Shown here piece by piece: positions 1-13,668 of a stretch of 64,000 bases of DNA. Each line of letters begins with the position of its first letter. Position 1 is the stretch's first letter. Made by a program: the position numbers and the translations under genes. Source of the DNA: Oikopleura dioica. Lineage: Eukaryota; Animalia; Chordata. A model generated the notes under the pieces. That model worked only from the letters and a program-made list of their open reading frames with translations. It searched no databases and had not been told where the DNA came from. The DNA lies in the NCBI GenBank assembly GCA_907165135.1, contig OU015567.1, forward strand, positions 2,046,001-2,110,000, given 5' to 3'.

Positions 1-3000
1 CGTCCACACAGCTCGGTCTGAAAGTACAGCCCAGGGCGACATTTTTCAAATTCTCCGCCCCGGTGAAGTACATCGCTTTATCGTTGACGCTGATTTTACC
101 AATGCAGCCGGAGAAGCTTCCTGATTCCTTTGTGATATGCCCTGCGGCGAGTGCTTTGGCGAAGAGGGTCGAAGAAAGACCACCAGTGAAGAGATCACCG
201 GAGTAAATAAGGTCGATGATCTGGGTCGGTTTCGCCTTGAGCGCTGAGGTGGTCAGATCGTTGAGTTTAACTTTGACAGCAGTTCTATTGATGAAAACTT
301 CAAGGCGATGCTCCACATCGATTTCAAGTGATTTCTCGAGGAAGAGCGCTACATCTGCGTGGCGAACTCTGATCATTCCGGAAATTAGTTCTACCGCGAT
401 GAAGTCATTTTTCTCCCCGTCGCCGAGATAAAGAATAATTCCGCTTTTCCTTTCAGGGCGAATGGTCAAAGTGATATTGATGGTTGATCTTGTGCGCATG
501 ATTGAGCTTGAAGAAAACGCAGGAGTCGGAAGAACGATCTTTGAGTAGCTTCTTTTTTCAGAGAGAGAAATGGTTTCGATATTCTCGCACTGTTGTCCAG
601 AAAAACCATTGGAGCATCTGCAGCTGTCGGTTTTCTTGTCGAATGAATGACCATTTCTGCATCTCTCATCACGCTGGATTTGTTGAGTGCCGTCATTCAT
701 GTAGACCTCGTATCGACGCTCGAGCTCACAATATTGCCCGGTAAAATTGCTCGGACAGTTGCAGGAGAAAAGAGGCGCAGAGTGAGTAACTTGGCAAACG
801 CCACCATTGAAGCAAGGACTGCCATCGGAAGATTGACATGGACTTTGGGGTCGATCACAGTCTTTGCCTGTCCAGCCTCGAGGGCACTCGCACTCGTAGC
901 CGCCAAGAGATGGAATGCATCGACCGTCGTTTCGGCAGGGTTTTCGAGAGATGCACATGTCCTCATGCTTGCATCCATCGAGGGAGAGAAGTTTACCTTC
1001 CGGACAGAGGCATTGTGGCGCGTTGATCGAATCTACACAACCGATAGAATCAGCTGGACAAGATTTTGTAGCACAAAGGTCGATCTTTTCCTCGCAGTGT
1101 TGCCCACCAAAGCCAGTTAAGCAATCGCACCAGTAGTTTTGCGGCTCGTCCTCGCTCAAACCAGAGCGGCAGATTCCATTAAAGCAAGGTGAGTCAGCGC
1201 AAGGATCAGCAATAGCTCTTTGTTCGCATGTATTGCCCTTGAAACCTTTTGGACAAATGCATTGGAAGGAAAAAGGAGAGGAGCTAGAGTTGAGGCATTT
1301 GCCATCGTTTTTGCAAGGATTGGAAGCGCAGACATTGCATTGGTCCTCGTTGTTGTCACTGTCGCAGAATTGCCTCATCGTTGGCGGAATTTGTCGATCG
1401 ATCAAAGTTGCGCCTTTGAGTCGTCCAGGACTAGCACAGGTTGCTTCACCCGTCTCCGTATGTGCCTGCTGTATCCACCTGGCAAGCCATTCCAGTTTGC
1501 AATCACAGTCGAGCTCATTGTCTGACAGGGAAATTCTAGTGATGGAGTTGAGCACAGAAGAAGGAAACGCGCTCTCTGGGATTCTCTTGATTCTGTTTTC
1601 GTTCAACGTCAGCATGTTCAAATTTGGCAGACCAGCGAACGAGTTTTCGATCAAACAACCGATCCGATTTCCAGCAAGCATGAGAAACTTCAATTTTGGC
1701 AGGGAGAAGGTGTTCGGAGAAATGCCTCGAATGCGGTTGGAACTGAGATCAAGGAGGACTAGTTCTTTGAAATTTTGCAGCTCGGGGAGGGACTCGATTT
1801 GGTTGTTTTTGAGGAGAAGTTCTTTGGTATCAGTGGGAATCATTTCGAGTTCGATTGAGGTGAGTTGGCGGTTGGAGCAGTCGACGAGTTTGGTTTTTTC
1901 GTTGCAGTGGCATTTTCGAGGGCACTAGAATTGACATTATAAGTCTTGTTCTTTCAAGAGGGTCGGATTATGCCTTGCTTCGATATTAGTTTATTAGTGA
2001 TTATTCCGAATAAGAGCTGCAAATTAAACACCATTTAAAAAAATATATATTTTGATTATGGTTTCTTATTCTTTTTTATATTTTTCTCACCTTCGATCCA
2101 GTCTGACATTTAACATGGTCCGTCTCGCCTTGCGCACATTTCAAGTCGCTAAGTGGAATATCCAAAATATAATATCCTTGCAAATACTGTGGCTCGTTAC
2201 ACTTCGGGAAGCCCAGCGCAATTTGATTCTTGACGCTTTGCATATATTTCGCGGTGCTTTGGAAGAGGCAATTGCAGTTGACTGGGTTTTTCATGATGTT
2301 GAAGTATTCCAAGTTTTTGAATTGCTGGAGCGTTCCGTCGCCGATTTCTTGAAGATTGTTTTGGAAGAGGTCGAGGCGGGAGAGCTTTTCGAGATCGAAA
2401 GGCATGAAGGTATCATTGGCGATGCAGGAGATCTGGTTCTCTCGGAGCGACAGTTCTTTGAGATTCGAGAGCCCGGAGAAAGCGAATTGAGGCAAAGCAT
2501 TGATGGCGTTTGAATCAAGCTTGAGGATTTCCAGCATTTTGAAGTCCTTGAACATATCGACGGTCAGTTCCAGCTGATTGTTTTTCAAGATCAGTTCTTT
2601 CAGAGAATATCTGGAAAGACTCTTTGGCAATTCTCTCAGACGGTTGTTTGAAAGATCCAAAGATGTCATGAAGCTGGGGAAAGGGAAATTGACACTGCTC
2701 CAGTTTTGACCAACGCATCGGACTTGGCCGGAGCGTGCGTCGCAGGAACAGCCCCGAGGGCACTTCACGTCGCATGTGGAAACTGTTCTTTCTTCGTAGC
2801 GAGAACATTTCAAGTCGGACTTATTGAGATTTTGCAGAAGAGTTCCGGCTTTATTTCCTGGTCCAGCGCATTTGGCCCGCTGAGCTCGGGTTCGAGAAGA
2901 ATCAAAGTAGTCAGCAAGCCATTTCAGCTGACAATCGCAGTTCCATGGGTTGTCAAACAGCATCCTGAAACAAATGTGTCAATTTTTAAATTCTGAACTC

Positions 3001-6000
3001 ACGGTAACTCAAACTAGTCTCATTATCCGCTAAACAATGGCGAAGTAACACATCTGCTATTATGCCCTGGCACAATGAAAGAAGCGAGATTGTTAAAAAA
3101 AATGTGTCTTTTCGTGAAAATCAGGCGCCTTTGAGAGTAGATCAGTTTTAAGTTCACTCAGCTGAATCTCGGCTCAAAAAGACGACGCAAATTATGAAGG
3201 GCTTACAGGGTTTGAATCTTCTTATTCGAGCTAAAGAAACCATTTGGCAGCGTTGTTAACTCGTTGTTGTGAAGAGCACTGAAAGAAAAAAGTATTGAAA
3301 TTGAAATCAAGGAAGAAAAAAAAATGAAAAGCAAAAATGCTAATTGTCAGTAATGAAGACTTACATTATTAATGAGCCGCGCTGATCGTTGAGCAAATCA
3401 GCTGGTAAGCACTTTAGCTTATTACTGTTCATCATGATCGTCTGTAGCCCTCTGAGCCCGTTGAGGGTGCCCGGGCCAATACTCGTTAATTGATTCTCGT
3501 ACAAATACAGTTTTTGCAGGTTCACCAGGCCATCGAACGCTTTCTCGTCGATTGTTTCGATTTTGTTCTTTGAAAGATCGAGTCCCTGGATTCGACGATA
3601 TTGGGTGAACTCGCGGGCGCGGAGTTCAGTTAGCTCGTTGTCTTCAAGAATCAGGTTGACGACGTTTTCAGGCCCGTGCTTTGGAACTTTTTGCAGTCGC
3701 TTGTCTCGGCAATTCATATGGATTGTATCCGAAGTTGCTTCTTTGCAAGTGCACTCTGCGGGGCAAGTTGGTTCTTCCGGGCATTTTCGCAAGTCCGGTA
3801 CATCGTACGAAGTCGGGCAGTAAAGTCGGCTCGGGTCCAAGTCCCGGATAAGCTCATGCATCGACAAGTCGCCATCTTTGAGGCGCCCGCCGGAGCAAGT
3901 CGTGTAAGGGGCGATTTCATCTGATCTCCTGAAAGTTGTGGTAAGAAACATGTTATGCTAAAAGCAATTTGAAGAGTGATTTTGACCCTGATCAAGGTAA
4001 TTTTCTGTTGTGGTCTTCAATTAAGCGCGACCGCGAGATGTTGATCGAGCATTGGTCGACTGACTCTGGGCTCACCTTTTACTGTCCAAGTAGCTGATGA
4101 AGTAGCTGATTTGGCAGTCGCAGTAAAGCGGTAATTTCTCCACGCTCAGCACTTTCAGCTTTTTCAGCTTGTCGAAGATCCCTGGCTGGAAGAAACTGAT
4201 CATGTTTTCTTTCAAATGGAGCTCTCGCAATCGTCGGCAGGAGTTGAACAAGTTTTCGTCGAGGCAAGAGAGCTTGTTGCCGGTCAAATGGATGGTCTTG
4301 AGCTTTTTGGAGCGACGAAATTGCCGTTTGTTTAAGGATAAAAGGCCGTTGTTGGAAATATCCAATTTTTGAAGACGCTTGAGTTGGTGCAACAGCTTCG
4401 ACGGAAGCCGGGTGAGATCATTGTCGTCCAGGTACCTAAACAGAACATGACATGGAACATGGTGCTGGCACACTGCCAAATCGTAAGAGATTGAATTGAT
4501 TCCGGAAGGGGGAATTCAGATTATTGTTTTTACTTACAGTCGAGTTAGTTTTTTAGTCTTTTCGAAGGATTGCTGGTCGATGTGGTCGATTTGATTCTGC
4601 CCGACATTCCTGAATTTAATTTCTAACACTTTTGGTTGGAAAAATGAGGACAAAAACGAATGATCTAGACCTGGTCATCTTTCCGTCCAGGAGGTCCTCC
4701 ATCTATCAAATGGCGCTGAATAGCCCAGCGTGAGCGCAAATAATGAAATAATTGAAACGTAAATTTGTCCCTTTTCCTCTGTCAAAGTGGCGGAAAGCCA
4801 ATAAGACGAACAGTACTTACAGAACTTTGAGATTGACGAAGTAGCGCAGAGCTTCTCGGTAGATGTTCGTCAGGTTGTTGCCTCGAAGATCCCTTAAAAA
4901 TGCATGTTTGATTATGAAATCTTTACTTTTTCATAATTTTGTTGGTAAATTGCCTTTTATCGATATTGCAAAGGTTATCTTAGGTCCTGGTTCAAATTGC
5001 TTTTCCAATTATTTTAGGGCGAATCCGAAATAATTTAATCCCGGGTCATTAAATCGCACCAATCGTCATTAGTTTCATTCAACTCGCGACTATCACGCAG
5101 CTGGAGAACTTTGAAAATCATGGCTCTCCTCCAAGTGCCGAGAAAAGAAAAGATAAAGAGAGAGCGAAAGTCAGATGAAATACTGTAATAAATCGCGGTC
5201 GGCGACTGGGGGTAAAGCAGTCTGGCGGCGCGAGGGGTTATTTACGATGGGACTGTGGCAACATTTTGGGCAGAATATTTTCAAGGCTGCTTCAACATTC
5301 GCAAATCTCGGGCCAAGGGTTAATTTTGATGAATAATGGGGTTGATTTTCGAGAAGTTTCAGCTCAAATCTGTCTGTTCAAAAAGCAAACTGTAAAATAA
5401 ATACAGTTATTAACAGTTATAATCGAGTTTCCTTTGAAGCGAGTCGGAAAGAAACGTTCAACTTCACACGAGCTATTGTCTCCCACTTGAAGAGTGCTTT
5501 TGGGAGGCGTTATCAGACGAGTATTTGACTCCGGACGGCGCTTTGTCCGCCCAACGGAAGAACTATGGATTCAGAATCGGCCCAATTTCGTATTCCAATG
5601 GACAAACTAAAACCACTGACAGAGCTTCTGAAACCAGTGGGATTTTGGTCGACGTCATAATTGGAAAAGGAAATTCAAAGATTGGAAAATAATCAGCTCG
5701 AACTCGGGGCGCAAATGAGAAATTGGAAAACCTGTCATGTTTCGCATGTATTTCGCGAATTAGGGAGCAAGGGCTTAATTGAGCCCGATCGCCCAGGTCA
5801 AGTGTGTCCAACTTGTTACCAGTCTTGTTTCTCCAGATTGATGGGCAAACCCTTGAGCCCAAAATTCCAAGCCGCGCTTCGAGGATTCGAAGAATTTTGG
5901 AAGATTCGAAATTCATAGTTCAAATTGAAAGATTCTCGATTCAAACAGATCGGCATCTTGAACGAAGCACTTCAGGTCGAGTTCGATTGTCTGATCGTAT

Positions 6001-9000
6001 GAAAAAGTGGGAAAGAGAGCAAATGAAGAAGGAAAATTCATTTGGCAAAAATTTTTGGCTCAGACTTTGACCGAGCGATCGAGTTGGATGTCTCCAGGTG
6101 GCATCGGAAGTAAAGGCGAATGAAACGTCACATGATTGATTTATCAGATCGCTCCATAAATCCGTTACAAAACCATCATCATCAAAAAACACACATTACG
6201 CTGCCATGATTCTTGCTGATTTACCCCCTTGCCATGTAAATTTTGGAAAACCACGAACGTCATGTTCACTAGAACGAAGATTCTCGCTTGAGCGATTTTC
6301 GAAGCTACATTTTGATAATTGACGGTGCCCGGTTCGGGAGTCGTCGCGTGAGCTGGTTATCGCCAAATTGCCGTTTTATATGACCTCGGTATTATTTTTT
6401 AGATAACCCTAATACAACTTCGTTGTTTCGAGAAAAAATATTTCGAGATTCAACTCAATAATTATAAATAAAAAGGTGAAAGAAGCGACATCTCGACAAT
6501 CTGCGTAGAAACCTGAGTCAGGGTACTGTAATCGCTAGAATTGAAAGCCGCGCAGCGGCTTTTATAAAAGAAGCCGCATTTTTTGAAAATAAAATCTTGT
6601 AAGCGGCTTTTCATTCAGGCTTTTTCAGGGCCCTGAGTCAGGTTTTTACACAGGAAAAACTGGTGATTTTCGACTTTATTTTCCCATTAGCATTTTGTTT
6701 TTGATTATGAATGGGAATTCAACACCTTGTAAAATTAACCACCCATTCCCAAACGTCAGTAATTACCGCCTATTACGGGCCGGGTGCCCTTTCAATTTAC
6801 TGTGACGAGTCCAGTGGGGAGCCCAGTGTCTGTCTTTCGGAGCGGCACCAAATCGAGAAGATCGGATGCATGGCTGATTCCAAATAAAGCCACGCGAGGG
6901 ACAATAAAAATATGCTGCTTTTCTCAATACGATTGCTCAAATTTGAGGGGAAAATTTACGGAGATTTGATTATCCTAAATGGTAATTACGCTCATTGTTT
7001 TCAGGACAGTGAAAGTATTTGCACGAAACCTAATGGAGTTGACATCATATCACCTAATTTTTGAGCCTGTTAGATTAATAAGAATGATTTTTTACAGTCC
7101 TTGAAGATTCTCAAAAGCCTTCCAATCTAGTCTGCTGTCCCAAGGACAGCAAATCAGCATAGAGAGTGGATATCTCTCGCCCTGAAATCCCCGCTGTCAA
7201 GCCATAATGAGTGGAAGTAATCCGCTGTCAGATAATTTTCCGCTGGAATGTTGCTCGGAATTCGTCCCAGCCAGTTTGAAGAGTGACTAGCCGGTACTCT
7301 TTTTTACATTTTTATTGGAAATTATTCATTATTGGAGCAATGAATTAAAAAAAATGACCAAAACAAGTACTAATGATTCATTAGCAGTTTTATGATAAAG
7401 GTGATGATTTCTTGGCGAGGAAAAAAGTACTGAATGGGTGCGAATATATTTTACAAGCATTTTTTATCAGATGAATTGCAAATTCTTTTCCGGCTTTATG
7501 TTTCCGCCGGATGGATAGTTATATGACCTGCGTCACAGTTAGATTTTTTTTCAATGCAGAATTTCTCCGAAAAATGGTCAGTTCATAATATGAGATGATG
7601 ACCTGTGGATTCCGCCTTGACCTTCGACCAACAATTTTGTTGGTGTTACCGCTAGTCTTGCGTTTTTCCTATTTCCCAGCGTAATTTGCGAATAAACACC
7701 CCTCGACGATAGGGATTTGTCCTTGTTTGCGCGGTTCCTTTGAAGGCATCCGTTTCCGCTCAGAAGTATCGAGCTCTGCAATCTCCCAAATGTCAAGCGA
7801 GACTCTCACTCAAAGTTTTCAAAATTTTCGATGATTTTTTTCAGCTGTCATGTCCCTTAATCCGCACTGTCAAAACGAAGTAAAAGTCGTTTCTCTTCCC
7901 AAAAAGAGAAACCGCGCGAAAACATGCGCAACCGCGGTCAAGACTACCCATGGAATTTGAAGAAATTAAAAACTTCTCAACTTCCCATGGATAAATCGTT
8001 TCTTCAAGTGAAAAAATGAGCAAGTGAAAAAATGAGCCACAAAATCATCGTTTTTTGATATTTCAAAAAGACCACCCCGCTGCTCAGAAGCAGCTGGATC
8101 CTTCTCTCACAGAACTCCACCTGGGTCGGCGCACCTGTTGAGTTAACATTTTCAAAATCAAAATATGAATTTTTCAAAGCGCGAATTTTGGTTCTTGTTC
8201 TTTGCTTTAAAAAGGTCATCGACTCGAATCATCTTCAACAGTTTCGAATCCGCAACTATTTTTCTTGTTTTCCGGCGTTGAATCTGATCAATCTGATTAG
8301 GAGCATCAAGATCTGTTGGTGGTTTACCGGTTCAATGAAAAACCGGAAGAAGATCGAGAAAAAAAGAAGGACCGACCGATCCGGGGCCGGATTGAAGGAT
8401 CGGAAAACCGGTAAGCCGGGATCAGAAGGAACCCGGCGTTCGAAACTGTGATGACTAAAGAAAAGTTGACTTTTCATGATTTTTAAATCAATTTATTCCG
8501 TATTGGTTTTTAAGGTCCATACCCTGGCGTTTTGCCAATGTTTGTGCCCGGAAAAGCAACAGCAGAACACGCCAAAACCACGGACCGGAAGCAAACCGCC
8601 AAATTATAAACTTGACGGGCACTACTTGATAGTTATCACAATAAACTGCGTATTTTTCCGATTCGAGAGTAATAATATGAAATGCAAGGAAAAAAGTGCT
8701 TGTTTAGAGCACTTTTTGACCTCTTTTTGACCTGTTTTTTCGTTGAATGAAAAATTTTTTGTATCAAAAAGAGGGCTTATAATTTCTAGCCCCATCTGCT
8801 TGGCATTAAAAGTCCATCTCAAAATGGGGGTCAATTATTTTCCGATTATCACGACTCGCGAATTTTTTTTAGTGGCGCAGTAAAATTCACACATCAATCA
8901 CAACTATGGGATCAATAAAAAAACGATCACATAGGTTTTCATCAAAGGCATCGTTCCTGAGGCTCCATCAAATTTTCAAAACGGCAAGGACTTTTTGCCA

Positions 9001-9760
9001 CGAAGATCGTTTCTTTTTTGGATAAGAGGGGGGAGAGGGGGAGTAACGGCTTTTTGAGGGACATGAAAGGGAGGATAAGACATGGATAGGTTAAAATGAG
9101 ATTGAAAAGGGTTCGATGATTTTTATTTTTAAGGGTATATACAATGAAAAACGAAATTTCTGAGGGTTTTCAGATCCATTTCCTTTCATTCTAAAAAAGC
9201 TTTTTTTCCCAAAAAGTATATTTTATGACATGATCCAGGTCGATAAAACAAGCATAAAATTGAAAAATGAAGTATCAAGTGCTGAATCTCGATCGAAAAT
9301 TACGACCTGAAATCTATCTCCCCCCATTGCCAAGATTTTTCTCAGATAGCCAGATAAGTTATCGTAATGTTTCGATTCTGATTTCATGCGTGTAAAATAC
9401 GAGACCACGTGATAGGGCGAACTCGGGAGAAATTTATGATTCTGTTCTTCCTTTCAAGATCAAAGCAAAGATGATTTCTCTGTCCCAAGGAGCTTAGCAC
9501 TTGTTGAAAGAGTGCTGACTCAGCACTGCTGAGACAGCCACCTTAGCTGAGTTATGCCAAGCCCTCTCAATAAGTACTCATTCAGACGAATACTTACAGT
9601 CGTTCAATGTTCTGGGCTTCGTTTCGGGAGATTTCGGGAAAGTCGGAGAATCCTCGACGGGAACAATCAAGCTCGATTTTGCCCGATTTGAGCGGTTTTT
9701 CTTCGCATCCGTGTTTTTCAGAAGCATTTTGAGGGATGAAAATGGCTTTGATTGTTTTAA
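1..9760 (-). CDS. slit: Slit axon-guidance protein (4 LRR domains + EGF repeats + laminin G); multi-exon, 3' end runs off the window, first (signal peptide) exon not located
   Basis: Exon ~9760-9598 (LDCSRRGFSDFPEISRNEAQNIERL, CT|GTAAGT) joins in phase to AG|G-DLRGNNLTNI at ~4895. LRR exons at 4610-4540, 4430-4076, 3930-3370, 3285-3210 and 2965-2080 carry LRRNT/LRRCT caps (CPAECTC, NPWNCDCQLKWL, NPVNCNC). Exon from 1924 (CPRKCHCNE) continues through EGF repeats into LamG (NITLTIRPERKSGIILYLGD). This is the Slit domain order. Confidence 0.93.
6509..6645. mobile_element. Short inverted-repeat element (MITE-like) bounded on both sides by the palindrome CCTGAGTCAGG, in the slit intron
   Basis: aaacctgagtcagggtactg ... 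cagggccctgagtcaggttt, with internal inverted aaagccgc/gcggcttt. A related shorter copy lies at ~28466-28512. Confidence 0.55.
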
Positions 9761-11159
9761 AACTTGACAAAATTAAACTCAAATGCGCATTTTTGATTCA
9801 AAACCAACATTTTTGTAGCTTTTCCGTCACTTTTTCGAGTCAGAAAAAAGTCAAATGTCAGGAATGACAGAAAAACGCCAGTGTTGAAAATTTTCTTGTT
9901 CAAAAACTTTCCTGAAAACAACCAAAACAGCTTCATTTTTTATTATCTTCTTACTTTTCTTTCTTCAAATCTCTGTTTTTCCAATCTCTTTTTCAAAAAA
10001 CCTTCATGTTCAAAAACAAGAAAAAAGATGAAACTTTCAAAAAATAACTTTGTTCTCAACAAGTTCTCAATAGATTTTCCTTTGCTATCGTATGCTGTAA
10101 TCCGCAGCTCGAGCCCGCCCAGGTTGCCGCGCAGGAGCGGACTCTCCGCTCGCTCCTGGCCGCCATCTATGCGCGCATCGAGCGCCGCCGCAAAATTTTT
10201 TTTTTCGCGTGATAATTTTTTTTAATTGAATGATAAATTTAATTATTTTCATTGAAAGTTTCATTATTATTTTATTAATTTTCCTAAAAAGTGCTAATAT
10301 TCGGAACTGATATCGATAAAAACGATCATTTACAGGCTGGGCTTATTTGTGACGAGATAGCGGGGCCTTTGATAGCGGCCCTACGCCATTATTATCGAAA
10401 ATTCCTATCATCCGACCCACAGGTTGAATCATTCTGGATGTCTCTTATTGGAGGTTATTGCGCGCGCTTCAAATCAACAATGCTGGCGGATTAAAGGAAT
10501 TATGATAGAGGCTGCTCAAGCATTGTATCAGCCTTTCCTTATCTCGTCACAAATAAGCCCAGCCTGTAGCTTGAATATATTGCTAAAAAACTAAATAAAA
10601 AATCACTTACTGTAGTAAAAAAGGTAATTTTCGAAAAGGTCGAAATATAAAAGCTCATTTCTTAAAAAAAACTAAGCTTTTTTCGAACACAACAGCATAT
10701 GCTGATTTTGCTGAAATTCTAGCGCTAGGGTAGTTCACGGTGGAGCGACTGACGTGTCAACTGAAGGAGATAATCGTTTGTTTCGGATATCACAAAAGGC
10801 ACAAGCTCCACTTTCTCACGTTCAAGGAATTTTCAGAAGGCTTTGTCTGAATTTCCCGATCAATAGAACTCGCGACGGGCCGCCTCTCAGAGTACATCTC
10901 TGGCTAATTGCTTAGTTTGTCATGCTCGAGTTGAACTTAGGGGCGAAAATGTCTTTTTAAAAAGTCTTATTTCAGAAAAAATTGAGGGAAAAATCTTCTT
11001 CCTTGAAAATTTTCCGATAAAAAAGGTCAATAAAATCGCCAACAAAGGCAAAATTAATGATGATCTGGTTATGTCTGAAATCATTCAAAAAAAGATCAAG
11101 GGATTTCTGTCTCAAGCGAGGCGAGACGCTTTTTGGCTTGGCTTTTTTGTTGATTCGAA

Positions 11160-13554
11160 TTAGCCCTGTAAATCTGCTTTATTTTTGTAAAATTTGTGTA
11201 AAACGTGTTGGCCCCTCGAGTGGAACGTAAGGGGACGATTTATACTGACAGGGTGGAGTGGTTGATTCCAGAGGAAAGTCGACAGGTGCCGCAAAACAAG
11301 ACTCCAGGCTCCATCGATTAGAGGCGATAAAATTTCCAGAGCTCTTACGACCGGAATGCCCCGACTCAGCAATTTCCCCCTCAGCACAGAAAAAGGTCAT
11401 TTTCATTAAATTTGCTGAGTTACAGGTTGTTGAAAACACTGTACATCTCCATCTGCAGCAAAATTATGAGGTGATAATGGCGATCTCACGATTGTTGTAA
11501 ATTTGTAAATTGAGATTCAATGACTCTGAAGCAGCAATTTAAACTCTGAACTTGAATCAAAATGCAACAAGTTGAGCAACAAGGGGAGGCCAAGGTTGCT
11601 GCTCTATCACAAGTGCTTGTTCAACAGCTGATAACATAGAAGACGTCACTTTTTATACCACCTCTTTCGTCTTTGGTGGTCGCTTTTTCTATCCACGCAA
11701 TTGTCGTCGAAAGAATTTAAAGAAGATCAAGTGCGAAGAAAAAAATATCCTAAACTAGAATTTTCCCTAAGGATTTAACATTGTGATGCCCTTATTTTAT
11801 CTTCCTAGGCAGATTCTTCTTCGCAATAAATATCAAAGTTGAAGGCTTCAACTTGAAGCTTAAATGGCTATCTTCAAACTACAAGTAGATTATCGGGATT
11901 TCCGTTTACGTAAAAAGTAAAAACTTTTCAGAGTCCTGTCTTGAAAGAAAAAAGATCAGAAGAGGGGCACGGGCTGATGACAGATGAATTTCCGCATGAA
12001 GGCAATCGCGCCCGCCACATGAAAGTGGCGATCCAAGTGACTGAGAGCCTCAAAGCCTTCAAGGCTTCAGCACTTGCTACGTTGTAAAAGTGACCGACGG
12101 CATCCGACCGGAGAAAGGAGTCTGCTCTCGAAGAATGTGCTCTTTCTGAAATTCCATGGATCATTTCGTTTGTCCTGATCAAATAAAAGAAAAAATGTCC
12201 ATTTCTCCTTCCTTTTGACCTTCAATTAAATTCACTTTAGATTTCCTCCCTTTGTTCTTTTCAAAGGTTTTCCAAAAAGGGCGGCTTTCAAACTCGCTTC
12301 CCAGGACATTTAGCGGTACGCAAACAGTTTATGAAATTATATTTATTACATAAAAATTAAGTTTATACAAGAAGATTGTTTGAAGGATGAGGAGAAAGTT
12401 TCAGGGTAGAATTCGTGTGCGATCTTAAATTTAATGCTGACTTGCGATTGACTTCCAGGGAAAGAGTTTTTCTGAGAAGGGTGAAATCAACAAGGAAAGC
12501 GAAAAAAATTAAAAAAAAGAAAACTTGTTGAAACCCTTTCCTTGAATCTTCTGCGTCGTCCCTGCTTTTTCCAATGTCGTCGAAGATGTCTTTGATTGAG
12601 ATTTTCTCTCGATGACTGTTCTCACTTTGAAGACTTTCCTCGCTCTTGACATTCAAAGAAGACATCCGAGAAAGCAAAGAAGTCTTGGATCGCATGCTCC
12701 CTAGGTAACTCATCGTTCTTTCCAAATTCGTGTATTTTAAGTAGCTGTCTTGAGTTGTTTCTCGCTCTCCATCAGAGACAGTGATTTGGATCTCAAATAT
12801 TTCCGGTTGTTTTTCTTTCAAAATGTTTAAATTTCGCTGCTGTCGATTGACGTCTCCATTTGAATGTAGCTCAATGCCTTTTTAGATTCAAGAATTCTGG
12901 ATTTCTTTGCGAAATAAAAATGATCGAACCTGTTCCTGTTGCTTCCGATGCCAATTCTAGCTCTTGATTCTCGTCGATTACAAAAACGCCTTTTTTCTTT
13001 ATGAGTGGCTTCTTGTGCCGAATAGAGCCAGTTGGTAATCTAAACATTAGAATATAAATTATATTATTTATCGCTCAAAAATAGATGATAATATGAAAAT
13101 CTAAGATTTACTTTTTTGGACCCGAGCCGAAAAGACACATATCTTCAATTAATAAATCCTTGATGCATAAATCGTATATTGATTGTTCCTTACTTGTCAA
13201 ACTACTCTTTCCCATTTGTAATAATAATAGGTCATTAAAGCATAACAGAGTTCTAGAGACTCTGAAAGTCTCCATCTAAGCATCTTTGAAACAAAAAGAA
13301 GAGCCAGAACTTCCAAACATCAGTCAACAAATGCTTCCTTTTCTCCCCCGGGTCAATCACCGCTTTTCCAATAGTTTGTGACCTAATCTCTCTACTCAAG
13401 ATAATAGCGGCCTCGAGACGATTTGGTTCACGCCGCGGGGCATCGCCGAAAATCCCTTCTTTCCAAATCAATACTGCGAAAAACACGAAAGCGTTCTCCT
13501 CTTTTTCTTTCGCGGAAGTCGTCAAAAAAGCCCTTTTTTGAGTTTGTTAGTCAT
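11160..13554 (-). CDS. Uncharacterised multi-exon protein
   Basis: Spliced exons with GT-AG boundaries at ~13265-13110, 13045-12930, 12880-12535 (EIFEIQITVSDGERETTQDSYLKY...) and 12175-11960; possible last exon 11390-11160; candidate ATG at 13554. No family recognised, ends uncertain. Confidence 0.5.
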
Positions 13555-13668
13555 TTTTTGCCGCTGTGAGAAAGTGGTTAAATTGTTATCAGTTTTGATA
13601 AGACTAAAAGACGCGAGCGAGGAGAAAGCCGTTTCAAAGCAGAGAAAAACAAAGTGAAAAAAGTGAGA

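Noticed and set aside
216-2996. Long plus-strand ORFs in the ORF track
   Set aside because: They are antisense shadows of slit exons.
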